Shown piece after piece: positions 11,039 through 20,657 of a stretch of 64,000 bases of DNA. The translations under genes were made by a program, and so were the position numbers. This DNA comes from Candidatus Hydrogenedentota bacterium (lineage in GTDB: Bacteria > Hydrogenedentota > Hydrogenedentia > Hydrogenedentales > SLHB01). Numbering within the stretch: the first letter of the stretch is position 1; the number at the start of each line of letters is the position of its first letter. The notes beneath the pieces were generated by a model. It was given only the letters and a program-made list of their open reading frames with translations, had not been told where the DNA came from and ran no database searches. The stretch lies in contig CAXXTH010000021.1 in NCBI GenBank assembly GCA_963668025.2, positions 1 to 64,000 of the forward strand, in the 5' to 3' direction.

Positions 11039-11919
11039 AGGGGGTTTTGCTGGTGGATAAGCCAGCGGGGCTTACTTCCCACGACGTGGTGGACCGCGTG
11101 CGCCGGGCGGCGGGCACGCGCCGCGTGGGCCATACAGGCACGCTGGACCCTGCTGCGACCGGTCTGCTTATCCTATGCATCGGGCCAGCCACGCGCCTGT
11201 CCGAATTTCTTATAGGCATGGACAAGGTCTATGAAGGCGTCATGCGCCTGGGCGTGGTGACGGACTCGTATGATCTCGATGGCGTGGTCTTGGAAGAACA
11301 CCCCGTGCCGGAGCTGTCCGCCACGGCTATCCAGCAGGTCTGCAATCAATTCACCGGTGATATCCAGCAAATTCCACCCATGGTGAGTGCGGTAAAAATT
11401 GGCGGCGAGCGCCTCTACAAAAAGGCCCGCAAAGGCGAGGTGGTCGAGCGCGCGCCTCGAAACGTCACGGTGCGGGAATTCTCCGTGCTCCACTATGCGT
11501 CGCCAGACGCCGATTTTGTGCTGCGCTGCACCAGCGGCACCTATGCGCGGGCGTTGTGCCACGATGTGGGCGCATTGCTGGGTTGCGGCGGCGTGCTGGC
11601 GCGCTTGCGGCGCACCAGCGTAGGCCCCCATAGCGTGGAAAACGCCGTGGCGCTGGACGCCCTTACTTCTCCCACGGATGTGGTTTCGCGGCTTATCTCC
11701 ATGGAAAATGTGCTCGAGCTGCCCGTGGCGGTGGTGCGAAGCTCCGCCAAGGGGCTGGCGCTGAGCGGCGGCACGCTTGATGTGCGCCATCTCATGGAGC
11801 CAAGCCCTGTGTCCACGGGGTGGGTGCAGCTCAAAGATGAACAAGGCATCCTGATCGCCCTCGCGGAAGCCAAAATGGGCGGGCGGCTTCAGCCCAAGCG
11901 CGTATTAGACGAGGCTTAA
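11035..11919 (+). CDS. truB: tRNA pseudouridine(55) synthase
   Basis: DKPAGLTSHDVV, GHTGTLDPAATG, CTSGTYAR. Confidence 0.97.
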   Translation: MKGVLLVDKPAGLTSHDVVDRVRRAAGTRRVGHTGTLDPAATGLLILCIGPATRLSEFLIGMDKVYEGVMRLGVVTDSYDLDGVVLEEHPVPELSATAIQQVCNQFTGDIQQIPPMVSAVKIGGERLYKKARKGEVVERAPRNVTVREFSVLHYASPDADFVLRCTSGTYARALCHDVGALLGCGGVLARLRRTSVGPHSVENAVALDALTSPTDVVSRLISMENVLELPVAVVRSSAKGLALSGGTLDVRHLMEPSPVSTGWVQLKDEQGILIALAEAKMGGRLQPKRVLDEA

Positions 11920-12848
11920 TGCGCATCATACGCGATATCCGCCGGGAAACGCTTGGCATCCCACACGCCGTGCTCACCATCGGCAGCTTCGATGGCGTTC
12001 ATTTGGGCCACCAGCATATTCTACAGGAGGTCGTGCGCGAGGCGCGCGCCTGCTCCGGCATGGCCTGCGTGCTTACCATGAGCCCGCACCCGCGCGAGTT
12101 TTTCTCTCCGGACCATGCGCCCAATTTGCTCACGAGCGACGCCAAAAAGGCGCGGCTGTTCGAAGCGGCCGGCATGGACGCCATGCTGGTGCTGCCATTC
12201 AATCACGAAGTGGCTTCGATGGAGCCGGAGGTGTTTGTACGCGAGATCGTGCGGGAACGCTGCGGCGCGGAAGCGCTTATCGTGGGGCATGATTTCCGTT
12301 TTGGGCGGGGCGCGCAGGGCGATTACGACTTTTTACAGCGCATAGCCCCCGGGTTTGGCTTCGTGGTCCGGCAGATCGAGCCGCTGCTTATTCATGGCGA
12401 ACGCATCAGCAGCACCGTTATCCGCGAGCGCGTCTTGCAGGGCGAACTCGAGGAAGCAGAGCGTTTTCTGGGGCGGAAATACGCCATCGTAGGAGAAGTC
12501 ATCACCGGGCGCGGCATTGGCAAAACCCTTGGATTTCCCACGGCCAACATCAAGCCCCACCATAACGCCGTACCCGCCCATGGCGTGTATGCGGCTCGAG
12601 TGCGCCTGGATGGCGGCGAATACACGGCTGCGGTGAATATCGGCATCGCGCCCACCATCCGCAATGAAGATATTATCGTTGAAGCATTCTTGCTCGATTT
12701 CGATGGACGCCTCGCCGGTAGCGAGATAGAGGTCGTATTTCACAAACGCCTTCGCCCCGAGCGCAAATTTCCTTCCCATGAGGCTCTCATTGAACAGATC
12801 ACTTTGGATGTCGAGTCCGTCCGCCAGCATTTCGCTAGGCCAGCCTAA
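11919..12848 (+). CDS. ribF: Bifunctional riboflavin kinase/FAD synthetase
   Basis: GSFDGVHLGH, GHDFRFG, ISST, GFPTAN. Confidence 0.97.
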   Translation: MRIIRDIRRETLGIPHAVLTIGSFDGVHLGHQHILQEVVREARACSGMACVLTMSPHPREFFSPDHAPNLLTSDAKKARLFEAAGMDAMLVLPFNHEVASMEPEVFVREIVRERCGAEALIVGHDFRFGRGAQGDYDFLQRIAPGFGFVVRQIEPLLIHGERISSTVIRERVLQGELEEAERFLGRKYAIVGEVITGRGIGKTLGFPTANIKPHHNAVPAHGVYAARVRLDGGEYTAAVNIGIAPTIRNEDIIVEAFLLDFDGRLAGSEIEVVFHKRLRPERKFPSHEALIEQITLDVESVRQHFARPA

Positions 12849-12893
12849 AGAGCTTTTGGGATGGTATCGGCATCTTTCGGTAGTTTTATTTCT

Positions 12894-13158
12894 GTAGCAC
12901 TTTAGCCATCAGAAGCAAAAGGATCAGAATGCTTTTTGCAACCGCGAATACAGAGTAAACCGCCTTTGATGGAGGATTTTTTTAGACATGATTTACATGA
13001 TTGACAAGATTGACAAGATTGGAAAAGATTGCATCGCTTCTATGTGAAGCAAAAGTATGGAAAGAGCGAGCATGTTTTTTGTAGAGGAATTGCCATTAAA
13101 AAAATCTTGTCCATCTTGTTAATCATGTCTAAAAAAAAGCTCTTGCTTCATTCCGCAT
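12894..13158. mobile_element. Degenerate MITE-like element carrying GACAAGATT-type tandem palindrome arms (related to 60648-60925)
   Basis: Left end GTAGCACTTTAGCC. Arms TTTTTAGACATGATTTACATGATTGACAAGATT (about 12977-13020) and AATCTTGTCCATCTTGTTAATCATGTCTAAAAA (about 13103-13137). The right-side GCTCTTGCTTCATTCCGC is the inverse of a segment at the left end of the 60.6-kb copy. Confidence 0.65.
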
Positions 13159-13303
13159 ATCAATGAACTGAAGTAATGCGGCGAACCGGGCCTGCTTCGA
13201 TTGCGCCGCACCTTGCCTAATTGATATCCTATTGGCCATCTGGATAGTTGGGAAAAAGGCGCGGGAATGCGCCTACAAGTGGAAAAACAAGGAGATACAC
13301 ACC

Positions 13304-15256
13304 ATGACTGCTGGAGTCGAGACACGGGAATTCCAGGCGGAAGCCCGCCAACTCCTTCATTTGATGATCCATTCCGTCTATTCAAACACGGATATCTTCC
13401 TGCGGGAGCTGATCTCGAATGCGTCGGACGCCTTGGATCGGCTGCGCTTCGAGGCCATCGCCCATCCGGAGCTCATCCAGGAAGGTGCTGAACTGCAAAT
13501 CGTCATCGAACGTGACGAAAAGGCGCGGACGCTCACGGTGCGCGATAACGGCATCGGCATGAGCCGCGACGAGGTGATTAACCTCATTGGCACCATCGCC
13601 AAATCGGGCACTAAGGAATTCCTGGCGCGGCTGCGCGAGGCGAAAAACGCGGATATGCCCCCCGAGTTAATTGGCCAGTTCGGCGTGGGCTTCTATTCCA
13701 CCTTCATGGCGGCGGACCGCGTCGTCATGGTGACACGCCGGGCGGGCGAGTCCACGGCCACCAAGTGGGAATCTTTGGGAGAAGGCTCGTATACCCTCGA
13801 AGAGGTGGAGCGTCCGGAACAAGGCACAACCATTACGCTGCACCTCAAGCCGCTTGATGAAGAAGACGCCCATGACGTTGATTACACCAAGGAATGGAAG
13901 ATCCGCGAGATCGTCAAAAAGTATTCCGATTTCGTCGCGTATCCCATCCGCATGGATATCGAGCGCACGGAATACGAGCGCGACGCGGAAGGCAAGATCG
14001 TCGAGGGCGGCAAACAAGAAATCAAGATCGAGACCCAGACCCTCAATTCGATGAAGGCCATTTGGCTGCGCGATGAGAAAGAAGTCTCCGAGGAAGAATA
14101 CCAGGAGTTTTACAAGCATATTTCCCATGACTGGTCTGCGCCTCTCGCCACCATCAGCGCGGCAATCGAAGGCACGCTCATGTACCGCCTGCTTCTGTTC
14201 ATTCCCTCGAAAAAGCCCTTAGACCTGTTCATGCGTGAAGGCAGCCGTGGCGTGCAGCTTTATGTGAAGCGCGTGTTCATCATGGACGACTGCGAGGCCC
14301 TGCTGCCCGAATACCTGCGCTTCATCAAAGGCGTGGTGGATTCGGAAGACCTTTCGCTCAATATATCGCGCGAGATCCTCCAGCAGAACCGCCAGATCGA
14401 GCGCATGCGGCGCGGCCTCGTGGGCAAAGTGCTCGATGCGCTCAAGCGCATGCGCAATCAGGAAGACGAGAAATACCGCACCTTCTGGGGCGAATTTGGC
14501 CGCGTCCTCAAAGAAGGCGCGTTCCAGGACCGCGAACGCCAGAAAGAGCTGCTCGACTTGTTCCTGTTCCAATCCACCAATTCGGATTCCGAACTCACCT
14601 CGCTCAACGAATATGTGACACGCATGCGCGAAGGACAGGAAGCTATTTATTACATGACGGGCGAATCGCGCAAGGCCGTCGAGGATTCCCCCCATCTCGA
14701 GGCATTCCGTGCGAAAGGCTACGAAGTGCTTATCCTGGCTGATCCCGTGGACGAGGTCTGGACCCAGTCGGTCTTCGAATTCGAGGGCAAGAAATTCCAA
14801 TCCATCGGTGCGGGTGGCGTTGAACTAGGCTCCGAAGAAGAACGCAAACAGGAGGAAGAGACGCGCAAACAGAAGCAGGAAACACACGCCTCGCTCCTCG
14901 AATGCATTAAAAATAACCTCGATGAATACGTGAAGGAAGTACGGCTGTCCTCGCGCCTGACCACCTCAGCGGCATGTTTGGTGGGTGATAAAGGCGATAT
15001 GAGCCCACAGCTCGAACAGCTTCTGCGGGCGGCGAACCAGGAAGTGCCCACGACGAAACGCATTCTCGAATTGAATCCGAGCCATCCGCTGCTCGATAAA
15101 CTACAGGCCATCTATGACGCCAGCCGTGAAGACCCGCGCCTGGGCGATTACGCCCAACTGATTTACGGCCAAGCCGTGCTGGCGGAAGGCAACCAGCCGC
15201 CCAATCCCGCCGCGTTCAGTAAACTGGTGTCGAAAGTGATGGTCGAGGCTCTTTAG
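13304..15256 (+). CDS. htpG: Chaperone HtpG (Hsp90)
   Basis: FLRELISNASDA, DNGIGM, IGQFGVGFYS, GVVDSEDLSLNISRE; RBS AAGGAG. Confidence 0.99.
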   Translation: MTAGVETREFQAEARQLLHLMIHSVYSNTDIFLRELISNASDALDRLRFEAIAHPELIQEGAELQIVIERDEKARTLTVRDNGIGMSRDEVINLIGTIAKSGTKEFLARLREAKNADMPPELIGQFGVGFYSTFMAADRVVMVTRRAGESTATKWESLGEGSYTLEEVERPEQGTTITLHLKPLDEEDAHDVDYTKEWKIREIVKKYSDFVAYPIRMDIERTEYERDAEGKIVEGGKQEIKIETQTLNSMKAIWLRDEKEVSEEEYQEFYKHISHDWSAPLATISAAIEGTLMYRLLLFIPSKKPLDLFMREGSRGVQLYVKRVFIMDDCEALLPEYLRFIKGVVDSEDLSLNISREILQQNRQIERMRRGLVGKVLDALKRMRNQEDEKYRTFWGEFGRVLKEGAFQDRERQKELLDLFLFQSTNSDSELTSLNEYVTRMREGQEAIYYMTGESRKAVEDSPHLEAFRAKGYEVLILADPVDEVWTQSVFEFEGKKFQSIGAGGVELGSEEERKQEEETRKQKQETHASLLECIKNNLDEYVKEVRLSSRLTTSAACLVGDKGDMSPQLEQLLRAANQEVPTTKRILELNPSHPLLDKLQAIYDASREDPRLGDYAQLIYGQAVLAEGNQPPNPAAFSKLVSKVMVEAL

Positions 15257-15276
15257 AAGAAAATAGTTATTGAAAC

Positions 15277-15312
15277 GTAGCATGGCCGTCCCGGCCATGT
15301 ACATGGGCGGGA
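15277..15312 (+). repeat. REP-like hairpin (GTAG-CATGGCCG family), partial doublet
   Basis: GTAG followed by CATGGCCG-TCC-CGGCCATG; same family as 54739, 56035 and 59424. Confidence 0.7.
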
Positions 15313-15440
15313 AACGGATTTCGAGCGCTATTGGCAAGTTGGAAAGCGTTTCAGGTATCATTTTATGGTACATGTTTTCTTGGGCATAGGGTGGAGCGAT
15401 TCACGCGCCATCCGTGCGTCATTGTATCGGACACATCTCG

Positions 15441-15770
15441 ATGCACGAGGACAGACGATATAGCTGGCCCGTCCGGCTGTTTCTTACATATGGCGTCCCG
15501 GCGCTGCTGACTCTGGCAGTGCAGCCGACGTATCATACGCCGGGATGCGGCTGCCAGCGCATGAAGGGCATATTTTGGGGCGCGCCCAGGCCTGCCGTAG
15601 TCTGCCCCGCCTGCCAATTCACTTATTTCTTAAGCCTAAGCCCCGCCGAGGCCCCGGCGGTTATTGAACCGCCCGCCCGCATTATCGTGGACGGGGTGGA
15701 TATCGGTATGGCCGTATCGCCATGTTCGCGCGCAATCGCGCCTTGCGCCCACAGCCCCCCAGATGCGTAA
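15441..15770 (+). CDS. Small hypothetical membrane protein, DUF2946-like (His/Cys motifs, Pro-rich C-terminus)
   Basis: Hydrophobic segment, HTPGCGC and CPACQF motifs, C-terminal ...AHSPPDA; upstream of a putative metal ABC locus. Confidence 0.4.
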   Translation: MHEDRRYSWPVRLFLTYGVPALLTLAVQPTYHTPGCGCQRMKGIFWGAPRPAVVCPACQFTYFLSLSPAEAPAVIEPPARIIVDGVDIGMAVSPCSRAIAPCAHSPPDA

Positions 15771-15899
15771 CCTAAAAAGCATACTTTTCGTACAAGGTGT
15801 TTCTTTCATAATAGAGAGTGAGAAGCCGTGCGTGTTGGAAAACGCGGGCGGCGCGTACATTCTTTATATCGGGTATATACATATAGGAGTTCATAGCAT

Positions 15900-16562
15900 A
15901 TGGTTACGTTAGAACAATGCCGGCGCGTATTGGGGCCGGGAGTCGAATTTTTATGCGAGCGTTTCGAGGCGGAACCTGGCGAGCAAGTGGCCCTGTGGGG
16001 ACCGAGCGGGTGCGGCAAGAGCACGATGCTCAACCTCATTTCCGGGCTGTTGCGGCCCGACGGCGGCGTCATCCGCGTGGATGGCACGGAAACGCAAGGC
16101 ATGAGCGAGCGCGAACTCGACCGCTTTCGCGGCGAACGGCTCGGGTTCGTTTTTCAAACTTTTAACCTGTTGTCCCCCTTCACGGCGCTGCAAAACGTGC
16201 TGCTGGCCATGCGGTTCAGCGACACCCGGCCCGAGAAAGAATGGAAGCCCCGCGCCACGGAACTCCTCAAGCGGGTGGGGCTTTCCAGCCGGATGCATAG
16301 CAAGCCCCGCACGATGAGCGTGGGCGAGCAGCAGCGGGTAGCCATTGCCCGCGCCTTGGCGAACACGCAAAAAATCATCCTGGCCGACGAGCCTACGGGC
16401 AGCCTCGATCCGCGCACCTCGAAGGAGGTCATGGACCTCCTGCTGCGCTTATGCGCCGAAGAGCAGATGACGTTGCTCCTCGTGACGCATGACATGAACG
16501 TGGCGGAACGGCTGCCACGGCGTTTTGACTGCGTGGGTTTGGTAAGGGATTTACCCCGGTGA
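15900..16562 (+). CDS. ABC transporter ATP-binding protein (LolD/MacB-type)
   Basis: GPSGCGKST, MSVGEQQRVAIARAL, ILADEPTG, VTHD. Confidence 0.95.
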   Translation: MVTLEQCRRVLGPGVEFLCERFEAEPGEQVALWGPSGCGKSTMLNLISGLLRPDGGVIRVDGTETQGMSERELDRFRGERLGFVFQTFNLLSPFTALQNVLLAMRFSDTRPEKEWKPRATELLKRVGLSSRMHSKPRTMSVGEQQRVAIARALANTQKIILADEPTGSLDPRTSKEVMDLLLRLCAEEQMTLLLVTHDMNVAERLPRRFDCVGLVRDLPR

Positions 16563-16593
16563 AGCCGCCGGATGGGATAAAAGGATTGATATT

Positions 16594-17901
16594 ATGAGCT
16601 TATGGCATATCGCATGGAACTACCTGTGGAGCCGCAAAATGACGACTTCACTGACGATACTCTCGGTGGCGCTGGGCGTGGGCCTGATCGCCGCCGTACA
16701 TAGCCTTCGGGCGGAGGTCGAACGCCGTTTCGCCGAGGAAGGGCAGGCCTTCGACATCGTCGTGGGTGCGAAAGGCAGCCGCCTCCAATTGGTGCTGAGC
16801 TGCGTCTATTTCATCGGAGACGTGGCGGGTAATATTCCATACTCGCTTTTCGAGCAGCTCAAACAAGATGAAGACGTGTCCGCCGCCTTTCCCATCGGTT
16901 TGGGAGACACATACAAAGGCTTCCGGATCGTGGGAACGGTCCCTGAATTGATGCATCACAAATGGATTGTAGACCCTATCTCAGGCCGCGAACGCACTCC
17001 TTTCCAGTTGGCCGGTGGGCGATTCTTTGAAAAGCCCTTCGAGGCCGTGGTAGGCAGCGTCGTGGCGCAACAGACGGGACTACAAGTGGGAGATACTTTG
17101 GTGAGCACCCACGGTTTTGGGGGCCATTCCCATGACATATCACCTTACACGGTGGTGGGCATCCTCAAACCGGGAGGCACGCCGAATGACCGGGCCATTT
17201 TCAGCACTCTAGATTCGGTGTGGGAAATCCACGGCCAGCATGAGCATCATGAGGGTGAAGAAGAGCAACATGAAGGGGAAGCGGCTGCGGAGTCTTCCCA
17301 AGCTCATGCCGCCTCGATGCTGTCGCTGGATGATGAAGATAACGCCGCAAAACCCCTTGAAGTGACCGCCGTCCTGATCAACCTCAAGAGCCCCGCGTTA
17401 CGGTTCACGTTCTTCGAGAAAGTGAATGATTCGATGAACGCCATGGCGGCCATACCGGTGAATGAAGTGCAAACCTTCTTCAACTCGGTGCTCGAGACCG
17501 TTAAAATGGTGCTGCTGGCCGTGGCGTATTTGGTGGTGGTGACTTCCGCCCTAACCATCATGATTGGGCTGTATCTGTCCATATTGCAGCGCCGCCACGA
17601 TTTAGCGGTGATGCGCGCCCTCGGGGCTTCGCATTTGGATATATTCGGAGCCGTGATTCTTGAGGCGTTTTTAGTTACACTACTGGGTGTCTGCGCGGGC
17701 TGGCTGCTCGGCAACGTGGTGTCGTATGCTTTGGGCATTTACATGACCAACCGCTTCGGGATGAACATCACCGCGTTCGGCTTGTCCAATGAAGAGATGA
17801 AATCATTTTGTATCGTAGCCCTGGTAGGATTGTTTGCGGGGATCATGCCCGCATGGCAGGCTTATCAAACGGATGTGGCGCGCGATCTGAATAAAGATTG
17901 A
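16594..17901 (+). CDS. MacB/FtsX-family ABC permease with His/Glu-rich periplasmic loop
   Basis: IVVGAKGS.LQLVL, HGFGGHSH, GTPNDRAIF, HGQHEHHEGEEEQHEG, AVMRALGAS; about 4 TM segments. Confidence 0.9.
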   Translation: MSLWHIAWNYLWSRKMTTSLTILSVALGVGLIAAVHSLRAEVERRFAEEGQAFDIVVGAKGSRLQLVLSCVYFIGDVAGNIPYSLFEQLKQDEDVSAAFPIGLGDTYKGFRIVGTVPELMHHKWIVDPISGRERTPFQLAGGRFFEKPFEAVVGSVVAQQTGLQVGDTLVSTHGFGGHSHDISPYTVVGILKPGGTPNDRAIFSTLDSVWEIHGQHEHHEGEEEQHEGEAAAESSQAHAASMLSLDDEDNAAKPLEVTAVLINLKSPALRFTFFEKVNDSMNAMAAIPVNEVQTFFNSVLETVKMVLLAVAYLVVVTSALTIMIGLYLSILQRRHDLAVMRALGASHLDIFGAVILEAFLVTLLGVCAGWLLGNVVSYALGIYMTNRFGMNITAFGLSNEEMKSFCIVALVGLFAGIMPAWQAYQTDVARDLNKD

Positions 17902-17931
17902 GCCCGCCATCAGGAAAAGGAGAATGATATC

Positions 17932-18618
17932 GTGCGAAGGCGCACCCGTAGAGATTTAATCACTATCGGCGGCATTGTGCTTGTGATTGTGGCGGTAGTG
18001 GCGTTCAATAGTTCCATTCAGCGCGGCGGGCTCCGCGAGCAGTCCGAGGCATGGCGGCGCGCCATCGAGCAGAAGCGCCAGGCCAGCGACACGATAATGA
18101 TTGAATGGGACAACATGCGCAAGACCCGGGGCACACTCAAGACAGGCCCTACCTTTGATCCAGAGATCAAGAAGCTGCATGAAACCGAGATCGACATCGT
18201 AGGCTTCATGGTGCCGTTGTATGAATTCCGCGATGCCAAGGAATTTCTGCTTCTGCCGTGGCCAATCGAGTGCTATTTTTGCGCTACGCCGCCCATGCGC
18301 GATGTCGTCTATGTGCAGATGAAGGAAGGCGAGAAAGCCAAGGTGGTGAACGAGCCGGTCTTGATCCATGGGCAGATGGTGTTGAATGAAGGCCCAGGCA
18401 CGAAGTTTTTCTACGTGGTGAAAGACGCCGCCTGGGGCCCAGCCGATGCGGGAACCATGCTTCAAGACCTCACGCAGCAGCAGCCCCCCGCGGAAGCTAT
18501 CGCCCACTCCGCGAATATGCAGATGCAAAAAGAAGAGGGCGAGTTGCGGCCCGGGACAGCGCCGCCTTCCGCGTCTACGCCGGAAACCAGCGTTCCGCCC
18601 GCGCCCGCCGGGCAGTAA
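17932..18618 (+). CDS. DUF3299-family protein
   Basis: GFMVPL...EFLLLP...CYFCATPP...V.V motif; N-terminal TM; typical partner of this ABC pair. Confidence 0.75.
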   Translation: MRRRTRRDLITIGGIVLVIVAVVAFNSSIQRGGLREQSEAWRRAIEQKRQASDTIMIEWDNMRKTRGTLKTGPTFDPEIKKLHETEIDIVGFMVPLYEFRDAKEFLLLPWPIECYFCATPPMRDVVYVQMKEGEKAKVVNEPVLIHGQMVLNEGPGTKFFYVVKDAAWGPADAGTMLQDLTQQQPPAEAIAHSANMQMQKEEGELRPGTAPPSASTPETSVPPAPAGQ

Positions 18619-18807
18619 TGGCAGGTTTGCAAACGTAGAATCCATGGGGGAACTCTGAACGGCGGAGTTCCCCCTCTTCGTATTTTTGATGTTCCGTATT
18701 TTTTGTTTCACCGATGATGCTGATGAACACCGATATATGCAACTATATGATGTGGCTGGATTTGCATTTAGAATCTTCGCAAGGAAACAACATGTTGACA
18801 GATGGTT

Positions 18808-18829
18808 GTAGGGTGGGGCTTGCCCCACC
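18808..18829 (+). repeat. GTAG-type REP hairpin
   Basis: GTAG followed by GGTGGGGC-TT-GCCCCACC. Confidence 0.6.
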
Positions 18830-19045
18830 GCTCCAGGGAGGAGCCCGTCAAAATATCCTGCAAGGGTTGTAAGACGTAACAAGTTGATATACTTTGGTTT
18901 ACACGGGAAATTTTCGCAAGAAAATAAAACTAAGCTCTTAGTAGGGTAAAGGCATGGCATGCGCGTCCCCGTGTCTCCCGTGGTGAAAGAATCAGTTTGG
19001 TTACGGCCAGGCCGAATATTGAGCCAACCATGAGATATAAAAGAA

Positions 19046-19813
19046 ATGCCCCATATTCATCGCTTTTACATTGAGCCACTTGATAGTGGCATTCCGGAAG
19101 CCCTCCTGGCGGGGCAGGAGGCCCACCATGCCTTGCATGTGGTGCGTCTGCGCAAAGGGGATGCCGTCGTGTTGTTCGATGGCAAAGGCATGGAATACTG
19201 GGGAGTGGCGGTGGAAGCCATGCGGCAGGCGGTCCGTGTCGCCATCACCGAACGGCGCGTACAGGCCCCGCCCGCCGCGCGTTTGACGCTGCTTCAAGGC
19301 TGGCTGCATCGGGAGAAAAGCGTCGAAGAGCTGATCCGCCGCGCCACCGAACTCGGCGTAGCGCGGTTCCATTTCTATCAAGCCCAGCATTCGGAGCGTC
19401 CGCCTGCTTTGCCCGCGAAGCTGGAACGTTTCGCCATCGAATCGCTCAAACAATGCGGCCGCGCCTGGCTGCCGGAATTTCGCACGTCTTCGAGCCTGGC
19501 AGAAGCGTTGGGTGCGGAGTTCGCTGAAGAGAATAGCCCGCAATGCCTGTTACTCGCCACGCAAGACCGGCCTCCCACCCCACTGGGTGAAGCCCTTCGG
19601 GGAACGCGCGCGGGGCTTATTGTCGGCCCTGAAGGCGATGCGACCGATGAGGAGCTTGATATCGCCCAAGGATACGGCGCAAAGCCCATCTCACTCGGTG
19701 CGGCCACGTATCGTTCCGAAGTAGCCGCCGTGCTGGCGTCCGCGCTGGCGCTGTACGAATGGGGCCAGCTCGGGCCAAAATCCAGTGGGCTGGAGGAGGC
19801 CTATGCGACATGA
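19046..19813 (+). CDS. rsmE: 16S rRNA m3U1498 methyltransferase
   Basis: HHALHVVRL, ATELGV, QCGR, IVGPEGD, SLG..YRSEVA. Confidence 0.93.
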   Translation: MPHIHRFYIEPLDSGIPEALLAGQEAHHALHVVRLRKGDAVVLFDGKGMEYWGVAVEAMRQAVRVAITERRVQAPPAARLTLLQGWLHREKSVEELIRRATELGVARFHFYQAQHSERPPALPAKLERFAIESLKQCGRAWLPEFRTSSSLAEALGAEFAEENSPQCLLLATQDRPPTPLGEALRGTRAGLIVGPEGDATDEELDIAQGYGAKPISLGAATYRSEVAAVLASALALYEWGQLGPKSSGLEEAYAT

Positions 19814-20487
19814 CCGGCCCCGCGCCTGAATCCGCCAAGCTGCCCATGCTGGCCGTCACGGAGATTTTCCTCAGCATTCAAGGCGAATCCACTTGGGCGG
19901 GCCTGCCCTGCGTATTCGTGCGCCTCACGGGCTGCAATTTGCGTTGTGCGTGGTGCGATACGGCCTATGCCTTCCATGGAGGTGTTCAAATGGCTGTGGA
20001 CGATGTGGTGCAACGCGTGATGGAATTCGAGTGCCCGCTCGTGGAAATCACGGGCGGCGAGCCTCTCCTCCAGCGCCATTGCGCCACACTTGCCCAGGCG
20101 CTTCTCGAACGCGGTTTGACGGTCTTATGCGAAACCAGCGGCTCGCTGCCCATTGATCGCTTGCCAGAAGGCGTGTTCCGTATCATGGACTTGAAATGCC
20201 CGGGTAGCGGCGAGTGCGCGAAGAATGATTGGACGAATATCGCCCGCTTAACACCGCTCGATGAGGTAAAGTTCGTCATCGCCAGCCGAGCCGATTACGA
20301 ATGGAGCCGCGATACGCTCCGCGCGCATGCTCTCGAAACGCGCTGCCGCGCCGTACTCTTTTCGCCCGTATTTGGTTCCATTGAACCGCAAGACTTGGTG
20401 AAGTGGATTCTTGACGATCAATTGCCCGTGCGCTTCCAGTTGCAACTGCACAAATTCATCTGGCCTCCCGATGCGCGCGGCGTGTAA
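19810..20487 (+). CDS. queE: 7-carboxy-7-deazaguanine synthase (radical SAM)
   Basis: EIFLSIQGES, GCNLRCAWCDT, TGGEPLLQ, QLQLHKFIW. Confidence 0.93.
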   Translation: MTGPAPESAKLPMLAVTEIFLSIQGESTWAGLPCVFVRLTGCNLRCAWCDTAYAFHGGVQMAVDDVVQRVMEFECPLVEITGGEPLLQRHCATLAQALLERGLTVLCETSGSLPIDRLPEGVFRIMDLKCPGSGECAKNDWTNIARLTPLDEVKFVIASRADYEWSRDTLRAHALETRCRAVLFSPVFGSIEPQDLVKWILDDQLPVRFQLQLHKFIWPPDARGV

Positions 20488-20500
20488 AGGAATATTTCTG

Positions 20501-20561
20501 TTGCGCTTTTTGTGCCTTATGGGGCTAAATGATTAGCCACAAAAGGCGCAAAAAAGCGTAA
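20501..20561. repeat. Imperfect palindrome of CACAAAAGG/GCAAAAAG-type units
   Basis: TTGCGCTTTTTGTGCCTTATGGGGCTAA-ATGA-TTAGCCACAAAAGGCGCAAAAAAGCGTAA. Confidence 0.6.
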
Positions 20562-20657
20562 AAATGATTGCATGTGTAGATAAAGGCGCATTACAGTAAT
20601 GACGCTAGGGCGCATCAGGGAGCGCGCCATTTTACTGGATACCGTCATTGTGCGTTA

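Noticed and set aside
13180-13303. CIRCE/HrcA operator upstream of htpG
   Set aside because: No TTAGCACTC-N9-GAGTGCTAA match was seen.
18619-19045. Possible gene or ncRNA in the AT-rich gap before rsmE
   Set aside because: No convincing ORF or known RNA motif; it contains only REP or repeat fragments.
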